DNA of 64,000 bases from an uncultured delta proteobacterium (GCA_963804955.1 CAWDSQ010000007.1:352001-416000), one strand, 5' to 3'; counted from the first letter of the stretch, positions 10,738 to 23,113 are shown. Made by a program: numbers and translations. The notes: generated by a model not told the origin, from the letters alone.

Positions 10738-12000
10738 GTAAGCGTCAGCATAAGCGCGCCTCCGGCGGCAAGCATGCCGGCTAGAACAACCGATGCCCAG
10801 AGGAAGGAGCCTGTTGCATCCTTGACATACCCGTTCAGATACGGGCCGACATAGCCGCCCACATTACCGAAGGAATTGATGAGCCCCACGGCGCCGGCAG
10901 CTGCGGCCCCCGACAGAAAGGTCGTGGGGTAAGACCACCAGAGGCCGAAAGCGCCATATACGCCTATGGCGGTACAGCAGACAAACAAAAAATTAACCTT
11001 CGGGTCCTGGATAAAAGCCCCGGCGCCCATCCCCAGAGCTGCCACAAACAGGGGCACGGCGCCATGCCAGCGCTTCTCGCCCGTGCGCGATGATGATGCG
11101 CCGATATACATCATGGTAAACATCGATAGCACCATGGGGATGACGATCAGCCAGCCGATAGCAAGATTCGACCAGCCCGACAGCTCTTTGAGCGCTGTGG
11201 GCATCCAGTAATTGAATCCCCAAAAGCCGGTGCACCACAAAAAATAGATGCAGCAGAGCTTCAGCACCGTCGCGGTCCCGCAGGGCCTGCCACAGGGTGT
11301 AGTGGCGCGCGGCTTTTTTGGCAGCGGTTTCCTGCTCAAAGCAGGTGCTGAGATGCTCTTTCTCCTGCTCAGTCAGCCATGGGGCATCCCGTGGCCAGTC
11401 TGCAAGCACGAAGAGTATAATGACCCCGAAAGCCACTGCGGGAATGGATTCAAGCAGGAAAAGCATCTGCCAGCCATGCAGTCCGAAAGCCGCAGTGCCT
11501 AAAAGCCATCCGGCAAGGGGCGCGCCGAGGATCGTCGAGATCTGCAGAGAGGTGAGCATGAGGGCAATGGCTTGAGGCCGCTCCTGCGGTGTGAACCAGC
11601 GCGGTATGACGCTTGCGTATATGACAGGATAAAAGCTTGCCTCTGCCGCGCCCAGCAAAAAACGCACGAGGTAGAACTGCCGGGGCGTTTGCACGAAAGC
11701 CATGAAGCATGAAATAATGCCCCAGGTTATAAGTATGCGGGACAGCCAGATGCGTGGACTCCAGCGCTCGGCGATGATGGCGCCCGGCACCTCGAACATG
11801 ACATAGCCTATAAAAAAAACCCCTGCGCCGGCGCCGTAGACCTGCGCCGAAAAACCCAGGTCCGCATTCATCGTAAGGGCTGCATAGGCGATATTGACCC
11901 TGTCGAGATAGGCGATGACTGAGCCGATAAAGGCCGGCAGAATAATATGCAGGTATTTTTTTCGCACAAGGGATGCTGGCTGAACGCTCGAAAGTTTCAT
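10716..12000 (-). CDS. MFS transporter, anion:cation symporter family (TtuB/phthalate permease-like); frameshift near 11270
   Basis: AYLDRVNIAYAALTMNADLG, FEVPG, RFLLGAAEASFYP, GWQMLFLLE and GLINSFGNVGGYVGP. Confidence 0.88.
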
Positions 12001-12174
12001 TGATTCTGATTGGTTTGACAGGTTATCTCAACAGACAGATATGCGGCATCGCTTCTTCAGACACCAGAATCACTGGCGCAGGGAACCTGCAGAGATACGC
12101 CATTGCTGACGCAGCCTGTAATGGCCCGGCCAATAGCCGGCCGGGGCAGGTTCTCAAAGAGGATGGCACGGCCC

Positions 12175-13152
12175 TCAGCTTCCCGTATTGCGCGGTTTAG
12201 CACTATAGGATTCCTTCAGGGCCTGCACCGTGGCATCAAGAGCCGCCCGGGCTTTCTCCGATGCCAGCGCCCAGGGCACAACCGCATGCCCCTGGCCGGA
12301 AAGCAACACTGTTCGGACCCGCACCCCGCTTTTCTCAAGTGCCGCCCCATAGTGCAGCCCGTCATCACGGGCTACATCTTTTTCTCCAACTATTATAAGA
12401 GCCGGCGGCAGGCCGTGATGGTCGGCAGCCCGCAGCGGCGATGCGTACGAGTTCATGCGGTCTGCGGGGCCAGGCAGATACTGATCGCGAAAATAGACGG
12501 CTTTTTCGCGCGTAAGGCCGGCGCCGGGATTATTCTGACGATAGGAGTCCGTATCAAGTGATGCCAGATCGGTTGCGGCGAATGCCAGCACCTGCAAAAC
12601 AAGTCGCGGCCCGCCGCGATCGCGCGACGCAAGCGCAACGGCCGCTGCAAGATTGCCTCCGGAGCTGTCACCGGCAACGGCAATACGCTCCGGGTCGCTG
12701 TTCAGCCGTCCAGGATTGTTTCGAGCCCAGAGCGTCGCAGCATAGGCGTCTTCAAATGCTGCGGGGAATGTATGTTCGGGCGCGAGCCGGTAATCAACGG
12801 ACACGACGACGCACACGGCGCGGTTACATAAAAAACGGCACACATCGTCATGGGTTGCAGGGCTTCCGGCAGCCCAGCCGCCGCCATGGAAATACACCAG
12901 CACGGGAAAGGGCCCGGTGCCTGCGGGCGTATATATCCGCACCGGAATCGGCGCCTCCGGTCCTGGGATTTCAGTCTTGTCAACCCGCGCTACCGACCGT
13001 TCCCCGGCCGGCGCTTTTGCAAACTCTGCGCTGACGATGCTGCCCAGCATGTGCATGCTGGCGCAGCCTGAGCTCAGAACCACGCATGCAGCAAGGCCCA
13101 GTATGGCCGAAAGCTGCCGGTGCCGCACACACAATCCCCCTGCTCGCTTCAT
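12175..13152 (-). CDS. hormone-sensitive-lipase family esterase, probable lipoprotein
   Basis: HGGGW, DYRLAPEH and GDSSGG motifs; signal peptide ending LSSGC; GGAGGG RBS. Confidence 0.88.
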   Translation of the reverse strand: MKRAGGLCVRHRQLSAILGLAACVVLSSGCASMHMLGSIVSAEFAKAPAGERSVARVDKTEIPGPEAPIPVRIYTPAGTGPFPVLVYFHGGGWAAGSPATHDDVCRFLCNRAVCVVVSVDYRLAPEHTFPAAFEDAYAATLWARNNPGRLNSDPERIAVAGDSSGGNLAAAVALASRDRGGPRLVLQVLAFAATDLASLDTDSYRQNNPGAGLTREKAVYFRDQYLPGPADRMNSYASPLRAADHHGLPPALIIVGEKDVARDDGLHYGAALEKSGVRVRTVLLSGQGHAVVPWALASEKARAALDATVQALKESYSAKPRNTGS

Positions 13153-13177
13153 GTTACCCTCCTGCCGGTCCCGCAAA

Positions 13178-13894
13178 TCAGCCGTTGATGATTGCAAGCA
13201 TCTCGCGCACCGCGCGCTCCATGCCGACCAGCACCGCCCGCGCGATAATGCTGTGCCCGATGCTGTACTCCTGGATCTCTTTCAGAGGAACCAGGCGCTG
13301 CGTGTTGCGGTAATTAAGCCCGTGGCCCACATTGACGCCCAGGCCCAGGGAAACGGCATGAGCAATGCCCTGTTCGATTCGCTCAAACTCGGCATCTTCC
13401 TGCGCCCGGCTTTTGGCATCGGCATACCGGCCCGTATGAATTTCTATAAATTCAGCGCCTGTTTCACGGGCAGCCTTGATCTGCCCGGCCTCGGCATCGA
13501 TAAAAAGGCTCACCATAATGCCCGCCTCCTGCAGCCCCCGAACCGCCTCGGCTATGGGCTTGTAGGCGCCCGCAACATCAAGCCCGCCCTCCGTGGTGAG
13601 CTCCTGCCGTTTTTCCGGCACCAGGCATGACATGTCGGGCCGGATGCGCCGCGCAATTTCGACCATTTCCGGAACCGCGGCCATTTCGAGGTTGAGCCTG
13701 GTCGTAATCGTCCGGCGAAGGACCTCCACGTCGCGGTCCTGAATATGCCGCCGGTCTTCGCGCAGATGCACGATAATGCCCTGGCAGCCCGCAAGCTCGG
13801 CAAGCGCCGCTGCCGTGACCGGGTCAGGCTCATTTATAAGCCGCGCCTGCCGCACGGTTGCAATATGATCGACATTGACTGAAAGTTTCGCCAT
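13178..13894 (-). CDS. pdxJ: pyridoxine 5'-phosphate synthase
   Basis: LSVNVDHIATVRQAR, HLREDRRHIQDRD, ELTTEGGLD and GHGLNY. Confidence 0.97.
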   Translation of the reverse strand: MAKLSVNVDHIATVRQARLINEPDPVTAAALAELAGCQGIIVHLREDRRHIQDRDVEVLRRTITTRLNLEMAAVPEMVEIARRIRPDMSCLVPEKRQELTTEGGLDVAGAYKPIAEAVRGLQEAGIMVSLFIDAEAGQIKAARETGAEFIEIHTGRYADAKSRAQEDAEFERIEQGIAHAVSLGLGVNVGHGLNYRNTQRLVPLKEIQEYSIGHSIIARAVLVGMERAVREMLAIING

Positions 13895-13924
13895 AGCATA
13901 TCTCCTGTAAAGTACGCTGGTACA

Positions 13925-14813
13925 TCACCGGGCTTTTTTTATAGCCGCCGCAACCCGCGCAACATCGCGCATCATGGCAGCATTGTGCACACGCACGATA
14001 TGCGCGCCGTTATAGACTGCCACGGCAACAGCCGCAGCCGTGCCGTCATCGCGCTGCGCTGCCTCCCTGTTCGTGACCCTGCCGATGAATGCTTTGCGCG
14101 ATGGCCCTACGAGCACCGGCCTGCCGAGACCGGCAAATTCATGCAGCCGCTGCAAAATTAAAAAATTATCCATGTCGACCGATTTCCCAAAGCCGATGCC
14201 GGGATCGATAATAATTTTATCCTCGGCAATTCCAGCCGCAACCGCCGCTGTCAGGCGCTCATGAAAAAAGGCTGTCAGCACTTCGATCAGGCTTGCATAA
14301 GAGGTGTTCTGCTGCATGGTTGCGGGAGTGCCGCGCATATGCATGAGGACGACAGGCGCGCCGCTTTCGGCCACCACCCGGGCCATGGCCCCGTCAAACC
14401 GCAGGGCGCTCACATCGTTCACCATCTGGGCGCCTGCGGCAAGCGCCTGCCGGGCAACTTCGGCCTTGCGTGGTATCGATTGAAACAGGCACAGCCGTCT
14501 TTTCTGCAAGCCCCTGTATCACCGGCAGCACGCGGTCAAGCTCCTGGGCAAGCGGCACGGGAGCAGCGCCGGGCCGTGTCGACTCGCCGCCGACATCGAT
14601 AATGTCAGCTCCCCGGGCGGCAAGCTCAATGCCGCTGGCGACTGCTGCCTGCGCGTCCGGATAGGTTCCGCCATCGGAAAAAGAATCAGGGGTCACATTA
14701 AGGATGCCCATAATGAACGGGCCCTGGGCAAAGTCGAACGTGCGGCTGCGGCAGACCAGGGGAGGGGGCGATTGCGGATTGCGGATTGCGGATTGCGGAT
14801 TTTGGCTTGTCAT
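13925..14813 (-). CDS. folP: dihydropteroate synthase; frameshift near 14480
   Basis: MGILNVTPDSFSDGG, IDVGGESTRPG, VLMHMRGTP, IDPGIGFGK, SRKAFIG and IVRVHN. Confidence 0.93.
14770..14804. repeat. heptanucleotide tandem repeat (GATTGCG)4 plus one degenerate unit
   Basis: Directly visible. It encodes QNPQSAIRNPQS at the FolP N-terminus. Confidence 0.9.
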
Positions 14814-14905
14814 TATGGGTTCAATCTGTTTTCTTCACACCGAAATCCGCACTAGCACAGCCGGCTTGCAGTCCAAAAGCTGCGCTCTACACAACTCAAA
14901 TCATT

Positions 14906-16792
14906 TCAGGTTTGCGTATCAACGGCCTGCACTGACGGTTTCTCTTCAGGTGCAGGCTGCTCTTTGAGCGCAGGCTTCTCTTCGGGTACGGGTTTCGGCT
15001 CAAGCTTTTTGCCGCTGACGATAGCGTTCACATCATCGGTATCAAGCGATTCGCGTTCAAGAAGATTTTCCGCAAGCCGCTTGAGGGTCTCGATATTCTC
15101 ACTCAGCAGCTTTGTGACTATCGTGTGACTCTCCTCGATGATACGCCTGACCTCGGCGTCGATCTCGACCGCCGTTGCTTCGCTGAAATCGCGGTGCTGT
15201 GCGATTTCGCGCCCGAGGAATATCTGCTCCTCTTTCTTGCCATAGGTGATCGGCCCGAGCTTTTCGCTCATGCCCCAGGCGCAGACCATCTTGCGGGCCA
15301 GATCGCTTGCGCGCTCGATGTCATTGCCGGCGCCGGTTGTCACATCGTTGAAAATCAGCTCTTCGGCCACCCTGCCGCCAAGCAGTATGGCGATCTGGTT
15401 GTTGAGATAGTCCTTCTTGTAGGTGTGCTTCTCATCAATAGGAAGCTGCTGCGTGAGCCCCAGGGCCATGCCGCGGGGGATGATCGTGACCTTGTGAATA
15501 GGGTCGGTGCCGGGAAGCATGATTGCCACAAGCGTATGCCCGGCTTCATGATAGGCAGTGAGATTTTTCTCCTGCGGGCTGATGATCAGGCTTTTGCGTT
15601 CGGCGCCCATGAGAACCTTGTCCTTGGCATGCTCAAAATGCCGCATGCCGAGCTTGTCAGATTCCTCGCGAGCGGCGAGAAGGGCCGCTTCGTTCACGAG
15701 ATTCGCAAGATCCGCTCCGCAAAACCCCGGCGTGCCCCGGGCAATTACGGTCAGGTCAACATCTTCGGCAAGGGGGGTCTTCTTTGTATGCACTTTCAGT
15801 ATGCCTTCGCGGCCCCGGACATCGGGTATCGGCACTATGATACGGCGGTCAAACCGCCCGGGGCGCAGCAGCGCCGGGTCGAGCACGTCGGGCCGGTTGG
15901 TCGCGGCCACCAGAATAACGCCCTCGTTTGACTCAAAGCCGTCCATTTCCACGAGCAGCTGGTTCAGGGTCTGTTCGCGCTCGTCATGCCCGCCCCCGAG
16001 GCCAGCTCCGCGATGCCGGCCCACGGCATCGATTTCATCGATAAAAATAATGCAGGGGGCATTTTTCTTGCCCTGGGTGAACAGATCGCGCACGCGCGCA
16101 GCTCCTACGCCCACAAACATCTCCACAAAGTCCGAGCCGCTGATGCTGAAAAACGGCACGCCCGCCTCACCGGCAATGGCCCGGGCAAGAAGGGTTTTTC
16201 CGGTTCCCGGCGAGCCGATAAGAATCACGCCCTTGGGAATTTTGCCGCCGAGCTTGGTGAATTTTTTCGGGTCTTTCAAAAACGAGATAATCTCCTCAAC
16301 CTCGTTCTTGGCCTCTTCGATGCCCGAAACATCTTCGAAAGTTATCTTCTGCTGGTTTTCGGCAAGCAGCTTGGCGCGGCTCTTGCCGAAGGACATGGCC
16401 TTGCCGCCGCCCGACTGGACCTGGCGCATGAAAAACACCCACACGCCGATAAGCAGCAGCATGGGGAACCACGAAATCATAAGCTGCATCCACCACGAAG
16501 ACTGCTCGTCGGGCCGCACATCAACGGTCACGCCCTTGCCGACCATTTCCCGCACAAGATCAGAGTCGGCAATGGCATAGGTTTTAAATTCCTTGTTGTT
16601 GGTGAACCGGCCATAGATATTGTTGCCCTGAATATTTGCTTCCTGAATCTCGCCGCGGTCAAGAGCGGTTTTGAATTCGCTGAAAAGCACTTTCTGCCGT
16701 ACGCCCTTTGGCTGGCTGAACAGATTAAACAGCAGGATAACTATCAGCACGATTGAAAGCCAGATGGCTATATTCTTATGTAATGGATTCAT
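14906..16792 (-). CDS. ftsH: ATP-dependent zinc metalloprotease FtsH
   Basis: Two TM segments, Walker [22 protein letters not shown] region and HEAGH. Confidence 0.98.
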   Translation of the reverse strand: MNPLHKNIAIWLSIVLIVILLFNLFSQPKGVRQKVLFSEFKTALDRGEIQEANIQGNNIYGRFTNNKEFKTYAIADSDLVREMVGKGVTVDVRPDEQSSWWMQLMISWFPMLLLIGVWVFFMRQVQSGGGKAMSFGKSRAKLLAENQQKITFEDVSGIEEAKNEVEEIISFLKDPKKFTKLGGKIPKGVILIGSPGTGKTLLARAIAGEAGVPFFSISGSDFVEMFVGVGAARVRDLFTQGKKNAPCIIFIDEIDAVGRHRGAGLGGGHDEREQTLNQLLVEMDGFESNEGVILVAATNRPDVLDPALLRPGRFDRRIIVPIPDVRGREGILKVHTKKTPLAEDVDLTVIARGTPGFCGADLANLVNEAALLAAREESDKLGMRHFEHAKDKVLMGAERKSLIISPQEKNLTAYHEAGHTLVAIMLPGTDPIHKVTIIPRGMALGLTQQLPIDEKHTYKKDYLNNQIAILLGGRVAEELIFNDVTTGAGNDIERASDLARKMVCAWGMSEKLGPITYGKKEEQIFLGREIAQHRDFSEATAVEIDAEVRRIIEESHTIVTKLLSENIETLKRLAENLLERESLDTDDVNAIVSGKKLEPKPVPEEKPALKEQPAPEEKPSVQAVDTQT

Positions 16793-16871
16793 AGAGGCCC
16801 TCGCCGTAAACAGAGATAAAATCAGTTGGTTTCAGTTTTCATCCTTATTGTATAACACAAGCGCACACCCG

Positions 16872-18324
16872 CTACAATATCAAATGCGCGCTGCGGGCTG
16901 CAGAGTCACCTTGAGCGCGGCAGTCGCTGCCCGGCAGAATTTTAAAGCGTTCATCAAGGCGCAGCCCGCAGACCCAGGCGATGCGCTCCCCGAACAGCAG
17001 CACCGGCACATGCCGGCGCTCAGGCGGCGGAATCTTCAGGTCGCTAAACAAATCCTTGAGCTTTTTGCTGCCCGGAGCCCCCAGCGGGTAAAAAACATCA
17101 CCCGGCTGCCACTGCCTTACCGTCACCGGCCCCACAGCCTTGTCAGCGGCAATATGGGCAGACCAGCGTATCGGCATTGTCAAACACCGCCCTGCTGTCG
17201 GCAAGCGGCACGGTCTCAAATCGCAGGCTCACGCCGAGCTCGGCAATAGCAAGTCAATGCCGGAATCTCATCAGCTCGTATAGTAAAATGACTCCGGCTC
17301 AGCGTCTGCGCCGGGCAAAAACAAGCGAGCCGTACTGCCTGCGCACGCACCACGGGCCCGGCAGCTGCACCGTGCGCGAGGGGCCCGGATTTTCGATAAG
17401 CCGGATAACGGCTGCAATATGCTTTTCCGTCAGCTCCCGCGTATCCCCTTTAAGCCCGGCAATGATCCGCCGCACGAGCCGTCCATACAGGTCAGGGCCT
17501 GCTTCCTGAAGCGCCGCTATGGCAATAGTATGCTCGTCCTGCCGTATTTCAACATGGCTGCTCACCATGTCTTCCACCAGCGTTTCCAGCGCCTGCTCAT
17601 CCTGCCGCACAAGAGCCGCTGTGCGGCCAAGTGTTGCGACAATGCCGGGATTATACTCTTCGCGCAGCAGCGGCAGGAGCTGGTGGCGAATTTTGTTTCT
17701 CAGGTAGTGCTGCTCGCCGGCCGACGTGTCGGGAACAAACGCAATGCCGCGCTCGCGCAGCCAGGCTTCAATCTCGCGCCGCTCAACGCAGATAAGGGGC
17801 CGTATGATATACCCGTCGCGGCATGCCGGTATGCCGGCAAGGCCTTTCAGCGATGCGCCCCGAACAAGGCGCATGAGAACGGTTTCGGCCTGATCATCTG
17901 CATGATGGGCAAGGGCGAGCTTGTTTGCCCCTGTTGCAGCCATGGCATCTCGAAAAAACCCGTAGCGCACTTCGCGGGCGGCCTCCTGCAGCGAAAGCCC
18001 GCTTGCGCCTTTGTAGCCCGGCACATCCCGCGCCTCGGCCACGCAGGCAATGCCGAGCCGCCCGGCAAGCTCCTGCACAAAAACGGCCTCGCGCCGCGCC
18101 TCCTCGCCCCTGATGCCGTGGTCCATATGGGCAACTGCTGAGCTGTATGCCTCAGTCGCTCTTTCAGCCGTGCAGAGCATATGCAGCATGGCCACGGAAT
18201 CCGCCCCGCCCGACACGGCCGCCAGCACATGATCTCCCGGGCTGATCATCCCATATTTTTTGATGGTGCGCAGGACCCGCTGCTCAAGCGGGGATAGCAA
18301 TTTTTCAAACGTCAGTATACGCAT
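16872..18324 (-). CDS. tilS: tRNA(Ile)-lysidine synthetase; frameshifts at about 17150-17310
   Basis: AVSGGADS, AHMDHGIRG, AHHADDQAETVLMRL, RNKIRHQLLP and a C-terminal SKKLKDLFSDLKIP; lies directly upstream of ftsH. Confidence 0.93.
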
Positions 18325-18436
18325 GGTTCCTTAAAATAAGCAGGAGCTGTTTCACTTTGTTAAATCCGGAATCTTAAATTTTGAATGCATTGTACTCCGC
18401 GAACTCTGAACGCGCACCCGCACTGCGCCACCACTG

Positions 18437-18468
18437 ACTCCGAACTCCGAACTCTGAACCCCGAACCC
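18437..18468. repeat. degenerate heptanucleotide tandem repeat (ACTCCGA)n
   Basis: ACTCCGA ACTCCGA ACTCTGA ACCCCGA ACCC. Confidence 0.7.
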
Positions 18469-18469
18469 T

Positions 18470-18829
18470 TTACATCACTTCCTCATCCTCCTGCCTCCAG
18501 GCCGGATCGACAATGCACAAAAAACTAAGATCCATAGAGCCTGAATTATACAGGCTCTGCACAGCATGCGGGGGAATATAGATTGCCTGCCCCGGCCCCA
18601 CAGGGGCGGTTTCATCATTAATATGCATGAGGCCCTCACCTGCCAGTATATAATATACTTCGGAGGTGCGCAGCCGGTGCCGAAGACTTGTCTGCCCGGG
18701 CTCAACCACGGCATGGGCGAGGCTATAGTTTATTTTAAGGTCTGCCTTGTCAGGATGCAAAAGCTCCCGCAGGTGCGTTGCATCACCGGCCAAAAACGGC
18801 TCGCATGCGCTTAAGTCCTTGATAAACAT
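18470..18829 (-). CDS. cupin domain protein
   Basis: SLAHAVVEPGQTSLRHRL..SEVYYILAGEG and IYIPP motifs; AGGAG RBS. Confidence 0.88.
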   Translation of the reverse strand: MFIKDLSACEPFLAGDATHLRELLHPDKADLKINYSLAHAVVEPGQTSLRHRLRTSEVYYILAGEGLMHINDETAPVGPGQAIYIPPHAVQSLYNSGSMDLSFLCIVDPAWRQEDEEVM

Positions 18830-19040
18830 ATCTTTTCTCCTAAAAAATAGCCCTTTGCACCAGTATTTCATCTTATAGCGAATAAGCCCGGCAGGCAAAC
18901 AAAATCAGGCTTTTTTGAACTATTTATATATATATTGTTCATGAGTATTGACAAAATGCCGAAAATACAATAAGTTACGACTTGGTCGCATTAAGGTTTA
19001 CGAAACATTCCTAAAAATCAACCTTATAAAGGAGTCGTTT

Positions 19041-20121
19041 GTGGAGCGCAAACACGGTGGGAACATCTATCAGGTTGCCCGTCAGCTGGGCGTTAAACCC
19101 GAAACCATCATTGACTTCAGCGCAAGCATCAACCCGCTCGGGTATGCCCCTCGGGTCAAGAAAGCCCTTGCAGCTCCCGACACAGCCGTGCTTAACTATC
19201 CGGACCCCAACGCTGAGGCCTTTATCAATGCTCTTGCGGCATACCACAAACTCCCGGCCGGCCATTTTATCGCGGGCAACGGATCAAGCGAGTTCATACA
19301 CCTGCTGCCCTATACTCTGAAACCCAAAAGCGTGCTGATCGTCGCGCCGGCCTTCACCGAGTATGAGCACACCTATCAGCGCGCCAAGGGCGTGGTGTTC
19401 TTCTTTACCACAACCGAAAAAGACGGCTTTGCGATTCAGGAAAAAGCCCTGTTTGATGAGCTCAGGCGCGGCTACAGCGCCGTATACTTCTGCAATCCCG
19501 GCTGCCCAACCGGCGTGCTGCATCCGCCCAAAATGCTCCGGGAGCTGGTCGCCGTTGCCGCAAAAAAAAGCACTGCCGTTATCCTGGATGAAACCTTCAT
19601 TGATTTTGCCGAAGAAAATTCACTGAAGGAAGAAACAGCGCGCTTTGAAAACCTTTTGATCCTTCGGTCTATGACCAAATTTTTCGCCCTGCCCGGGCCT
19701 TCGGGCAGGCTATGCGATCACCCATCCTAAAAACGTTGAAAAATGGCGCGAGCAGCTGCCGCCCTGGAGCATGAACGCCCTGGCTCAGCGCGCGGCAACC
19801 GAAAGCCTGCTGGATGCCACGCATATCCAGAAAACCCTGCAGTTCATACAGGAAAACCGCGACGCCCTTGCCGCCGATCTGAAAGCACTGCCGCACCTGA
19901 CCGTATTCAAAAGCAGCGCGAATTTCCTTCTCGTCAAGCTTGCCGACGCGGCTCGCCTCAATGCTCCGCAACTGGCGGAGAAGCTGCTCGCCAAAGGCAT
20001 ACTCATCCGCTCCTGCGAAGACTTTCAGGGCCTGACCGACCGCTATTTCCGCGTGGCCGTGAAGAAAAAAATCGAAAACAAAAAGCTCTGCTCAGAGCTG
20101 AAAAAGCTTCTGGGCAAGTAA
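19041..20121 (+). CDS. cobD: threonine-phosphate decarboxylase (class I/II PLP aminotransferase); frameshift near 19700
   Basis: HGGNIY, DFSASINPLG, GNGSSE, DETFIDF, LRSMTKFFALPG, PWSMN and YFRVAVK. Confidence 0.85.
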
Positions 20122-20428
20122 GCCAACGTTCAGTCAGCTCATGCCGAAAAATTCACAGGCGGACAGAACCTTGTCCGCCTGTTGTACATTCCGGGCAGCC
20201 CGGCTGTGCTGCTTGCTTTGCACTCAGGCTCGTCTGACATGCGTCTGCCTTTTGCAGCACCTTAACAGAGCAGCCTGCTATGATCGAGGTCTGTGCCAGT
20301 AGAGCGCTCTGCCACATAGGTATATCAGAGCGGCAGAGCGCAGCACCGTAGGAGCCCATGATCACGGCAGCACTTCTTCAGAGGCGTATCGACGGGGATA
20401 CTCAATCAAATACTACGAGCATACACTA

Positions 20429-21134
20429 ATGACTCAGGAAAAATTTCAGATAGAGCTTGACGACAGACGCATCGATGGTGTTCTGCACCTGTGCGAAAAA
20501 AGGGCTCCGGCGGTTATCACCTGCCATGGGCTTTTCAGCAGCAAGCAAAGCGACAAGTTTCTCCAAATAGCCGAGTCATTCTCTCGAGAAGGCTTTGCAG
20601 TAGCGCGGTTTGACTTCGGCGGCTGCGGTGAAAGCACGGGCGATATCGCCGACACCACGGTCACCCGCCGCCTGAAGGAGCTGGAAGCCGTGATGCATCA
20701 TCTATCCGGCCATGCACAACTGTCGGGCAGGTACGGCATACTGGGCAGCTCCCTTGGGGGCTATGCGGGGCTTCTGTACGCAGCCCGGCATCCCGTTGCA
20801 CGCCCTCTCCGTATGGGCGACGCCCTGCGATCTGCTGTCGATAAGCAAAAACATACCGCAGGCAGACCTGCACAAACTCAGGCAGGAATTTTTCTCCGAC
20901 GCCCGCACGTATAATCTGCCGGCGGCTGTTTCAGGCATGCGATCAGTGCAGGTCATTCAGGGGCGGAAGGATGAAATTGTGCCATGGCGCCATGCAGAAC
21001 TGATCCACCAGGCTTTGCATGACCCGAAGGAGCTGATCTTTCTGCCGGAAGCCGATCATTCCATATCGCAGCCGCAACAGCGCCGGCAGGCAATCGCGCA
21101 CAGCCTGGCATGGTTCAAACGGCGCCTGCTGTAG
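20429..21134 (+). CDS. alpha/beta hydrolase; frameshift near 20800
   Basis: CHGLFS, RFDFGGCGES, GSSLGG, QGRKDEIVP and ADH. Confidence 0.85.
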
Positions 21135-21141
21135 CAGGCGT

Positions 21142-21353
21142 GAGAGCGTTTTTATTTTTACTATAGTCCAAACAATAGCGCGCACAAAAAGCCCGCAATG
21201 TCTCTTCCCGTCATGCCGGCGAAAGCCGGCATCCAGTGGTTTAAGAATCAGCTTTTTTCTGGACCCCGGTTTTCACCGGGGTGACGACTCTTCAAAACTT
21301 AATCACATAATTCAACGAACATGAGCGGCTGCACTATATTGAAAAATGCTTTA
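21142..21353. mobile_element. degenerate third member of the 185-bp MITE family (reverse orientation; only the ends are conserved)
   Basis: GGCTGCACTATATTGAAAAATGCTTTA (21327-21353) matches the reverse complement of the copy-1 left end. GAGAGCGTTTTTATTTTT (21142) matches the reverse complement of its right end. Confidence 0.55.
21209..21286. repeat. REP-like inverted doublet (GTCATNCCGGCGAAAGCCGG type)
   Basis: CGTCATGCCGGCGAAAGCCGGCATCCAG ... CTGGACCCCGGTTTTCACCGGGGTGACG: two hairpins in inverted arrangement between convergent genes. Confidence 0.75.
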
Positions 21354-21371
21354 GGGTGTCCGCTTGCTTCT

Positions 21372-22103
21372 TTAATCAACAATCCTCTCAATAATATCGG
21401 CAATCCGCCCGGCCACCAGCCGGACATTTCTTTTCAGCCGCAGCGCCCGCAGAATTTCTCCGGGATGCTGTATAAAATAAGCGCTTGTTCCCCTGCGGCC
21501 GGCTTTTTTTTTACACGCATAAAAAGCTTCAATATTAAATGCATCCTCCCTGGCCGTATCTGAGACGATGCGTATATCCAGAAACGCTACTCCCGCAGCG
21601 CAGAACCGTTTGGCAAGCGAAGCGCTTTCCATATCGATCACCCCGGCGCCGGTATGTGCAAAAATGCGCTGCTTCTGGCCGGCTGTATGGATAAATGTGC
21701 CGACGGTGAAGCAGTCGCCCCGGTATACCGGCATAGCCGCAGCGCTCAGATGGGCGGTGACGCGCTCGGACCGAAGCGCGTCGGCTGCAAAACAGCCTCC
21801 CGCATGGTGTAAAATATTTTTTATTATGACGATATCTCCCACCTGCAGCGCCGGGTCAGCCGCGCCTGCCGCCCCGATGGACATGACCGCTTGCGGAGCA
21901 TACTCTTTCAAAATCCTGTTTGCCGCAGCACCGGCCTTTTTCGGGCCCACGCCGGTCTGCACAAGAAGCAGGTCCCGGCTGTTGATGCGACCGTAAAAAC
22001 AATGCATGCCCGGGCGGCTTTCACGGCGAACCTGCCTCATTCGCTTCAGCACGCCGTTCAGCTCTTCATCTGTCGCAGCGATAATCACAAACACTGTCAG
22101 CAT
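21372..22103 (-). CDS. PNP/UDP phosphorylase family protein (MTA/SAH nucleosidase or HpnG-like)
   Basis: IAATDEE, TGVGPKKA, SIGAAGA, IDMESA and RIVSD. Confidence 0.85.
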   Translation of the reverse strand: MLTVFVIIAATDEELNGVLKRMRQVRRESRPGMHCFYGRINSRDLLLVQTGVGPKKAGAAANRILKEYAPQAVMSIGAAGAADPALQVGDIVIIKNILHHAGGCFAADALRSERVTAHLSAAAMPVYRGDCFTVGTFIHTAGQKQRIFAHTGAGVIDMESASLAKRFCAAGVAFLDIRIVSDTAREDAFNIEAFYACKKKAGRRGTSAYFIQHPGEILRALRLKRNVRLVAGRIADIIERIVD

Positions 22104-22234
22104 CCTTATATTTTGTTGCTCAAAGCTACGGCATGTCGGCATGAAATGCAATGGCAAAAAAAGGTTTTATGCAGCGGCAAGTTATGGTAAACATAACAAT
22201 TCAACGCTGCAATAAACACATTAAGGAGCATTTC

Positions 22235-23110
22235 ATGAAGGGCATAATACTTGCCGGCGGTTCCGGCACCAGGCTGCATCCCGTAACGCGGGCGGTCAGC
22301 AAACAGCTTCTCCCGGTATATGACAAGCCGCTTATCTATTACCCCCTGTCTCTCCTGATGCTGGCCGGCATACGCGATATTCTCATCATTTCAACGCCTC
22401 ATGATCTTCCCAATTTCCGAAGCCTGTTCGGCGACGGATCGCAGATCGGGGTCTCGTTTTCCTATAAAGAACAGCCCCGGCCTGAGGGCATAGCGCAGGC
22501 CTTCATCATCGGCAAGTCCTTTATCGGCAGCGACAGGGTCTGCCTTGTGCTTGGCGACAACCTTTTTTACGGCCACGGATTTCCGGAAACCCTGCACACC
22601 GCAGCGCAGCTTGAAAAGGGCGGGCTTATCTTCGGCTATCCGGTGAAAGACCCTGAGCGCTACGGTGTTGTGGAATTTGACGATACGGGCAGGGTGCTGT
22701 CCATCGAGGAAAAGCCCGGCCACCCCAAATCGCACTTCGCCGTGCCCGGCCTTTACTTTTTCGATAACAGCGTCGTTGACATTGCCGAAAACATGAAGCC
22801 GTCGGCGCGCGGCGAACTGGAGATAACGGATGTGAATCTGGAATACCTGAGACGGGGCGAGCTTCGGGTACAGCTGCTGGGCCGCGGGCTTGCCTGGCTC
22901 GACACCGGCACGCATGAGGCCATGCAGCAGGCGTCAAGCTATGTGCAGGCCATTGAGGAACGGCAGGGCCTTAAAATTGCCTGCATCGAGGAGATAGCCT
23001 ATCGCCGGGGCTTCATCGACAGGGCGCAGGTCGCAAAGCTTGCCGGAGAAATGAAAAACAGCACGTACGGCAGATATCTGCTGGATATGCTGGCAGACGA
23101 GGAGGCATAA
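22235..23110 (+). CDS. rfbA: glucose-1-phosphate thymidylyltransferase
   Basis: [37 protein letters not shown] and WLDTGT. Confidence 0.97.
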   Translation: MKGIILAGGSGTRLHPVTRAVSKQLLPVYDKPLIYYPLSLLMLAGIRDILIISTPHDLPNFRSLFGDGSQIGVSFSYKEQPRPEGIAQAFIIGKSFIGSDRVCLVLGDNLFYGHGFPETLHTAAQLEKGGLIFGYPVKDPERYGVVEFDDTGRVLSIEEKPGHPKSHFAVPGLYFFDNSVVDIAENMKPSARGELEITDVNLEYLRRGELRVQLLGRGLAWLDTGTHEAMQQASSYVQAIEERQGLKIACIEEIAYRRGFIDRAQVAKLAGEMKNSTYGRYLLDMLADEEA

Positions 23111-23113
23111 CCG

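Noticed and set aside
15125..16756. Long plus-strand ORFs antisense to ftsH (and similar shadow ORFs throughout)
   Set aside because: These are antisense shadows of real genes in GC-rich DNA, with no motifs.
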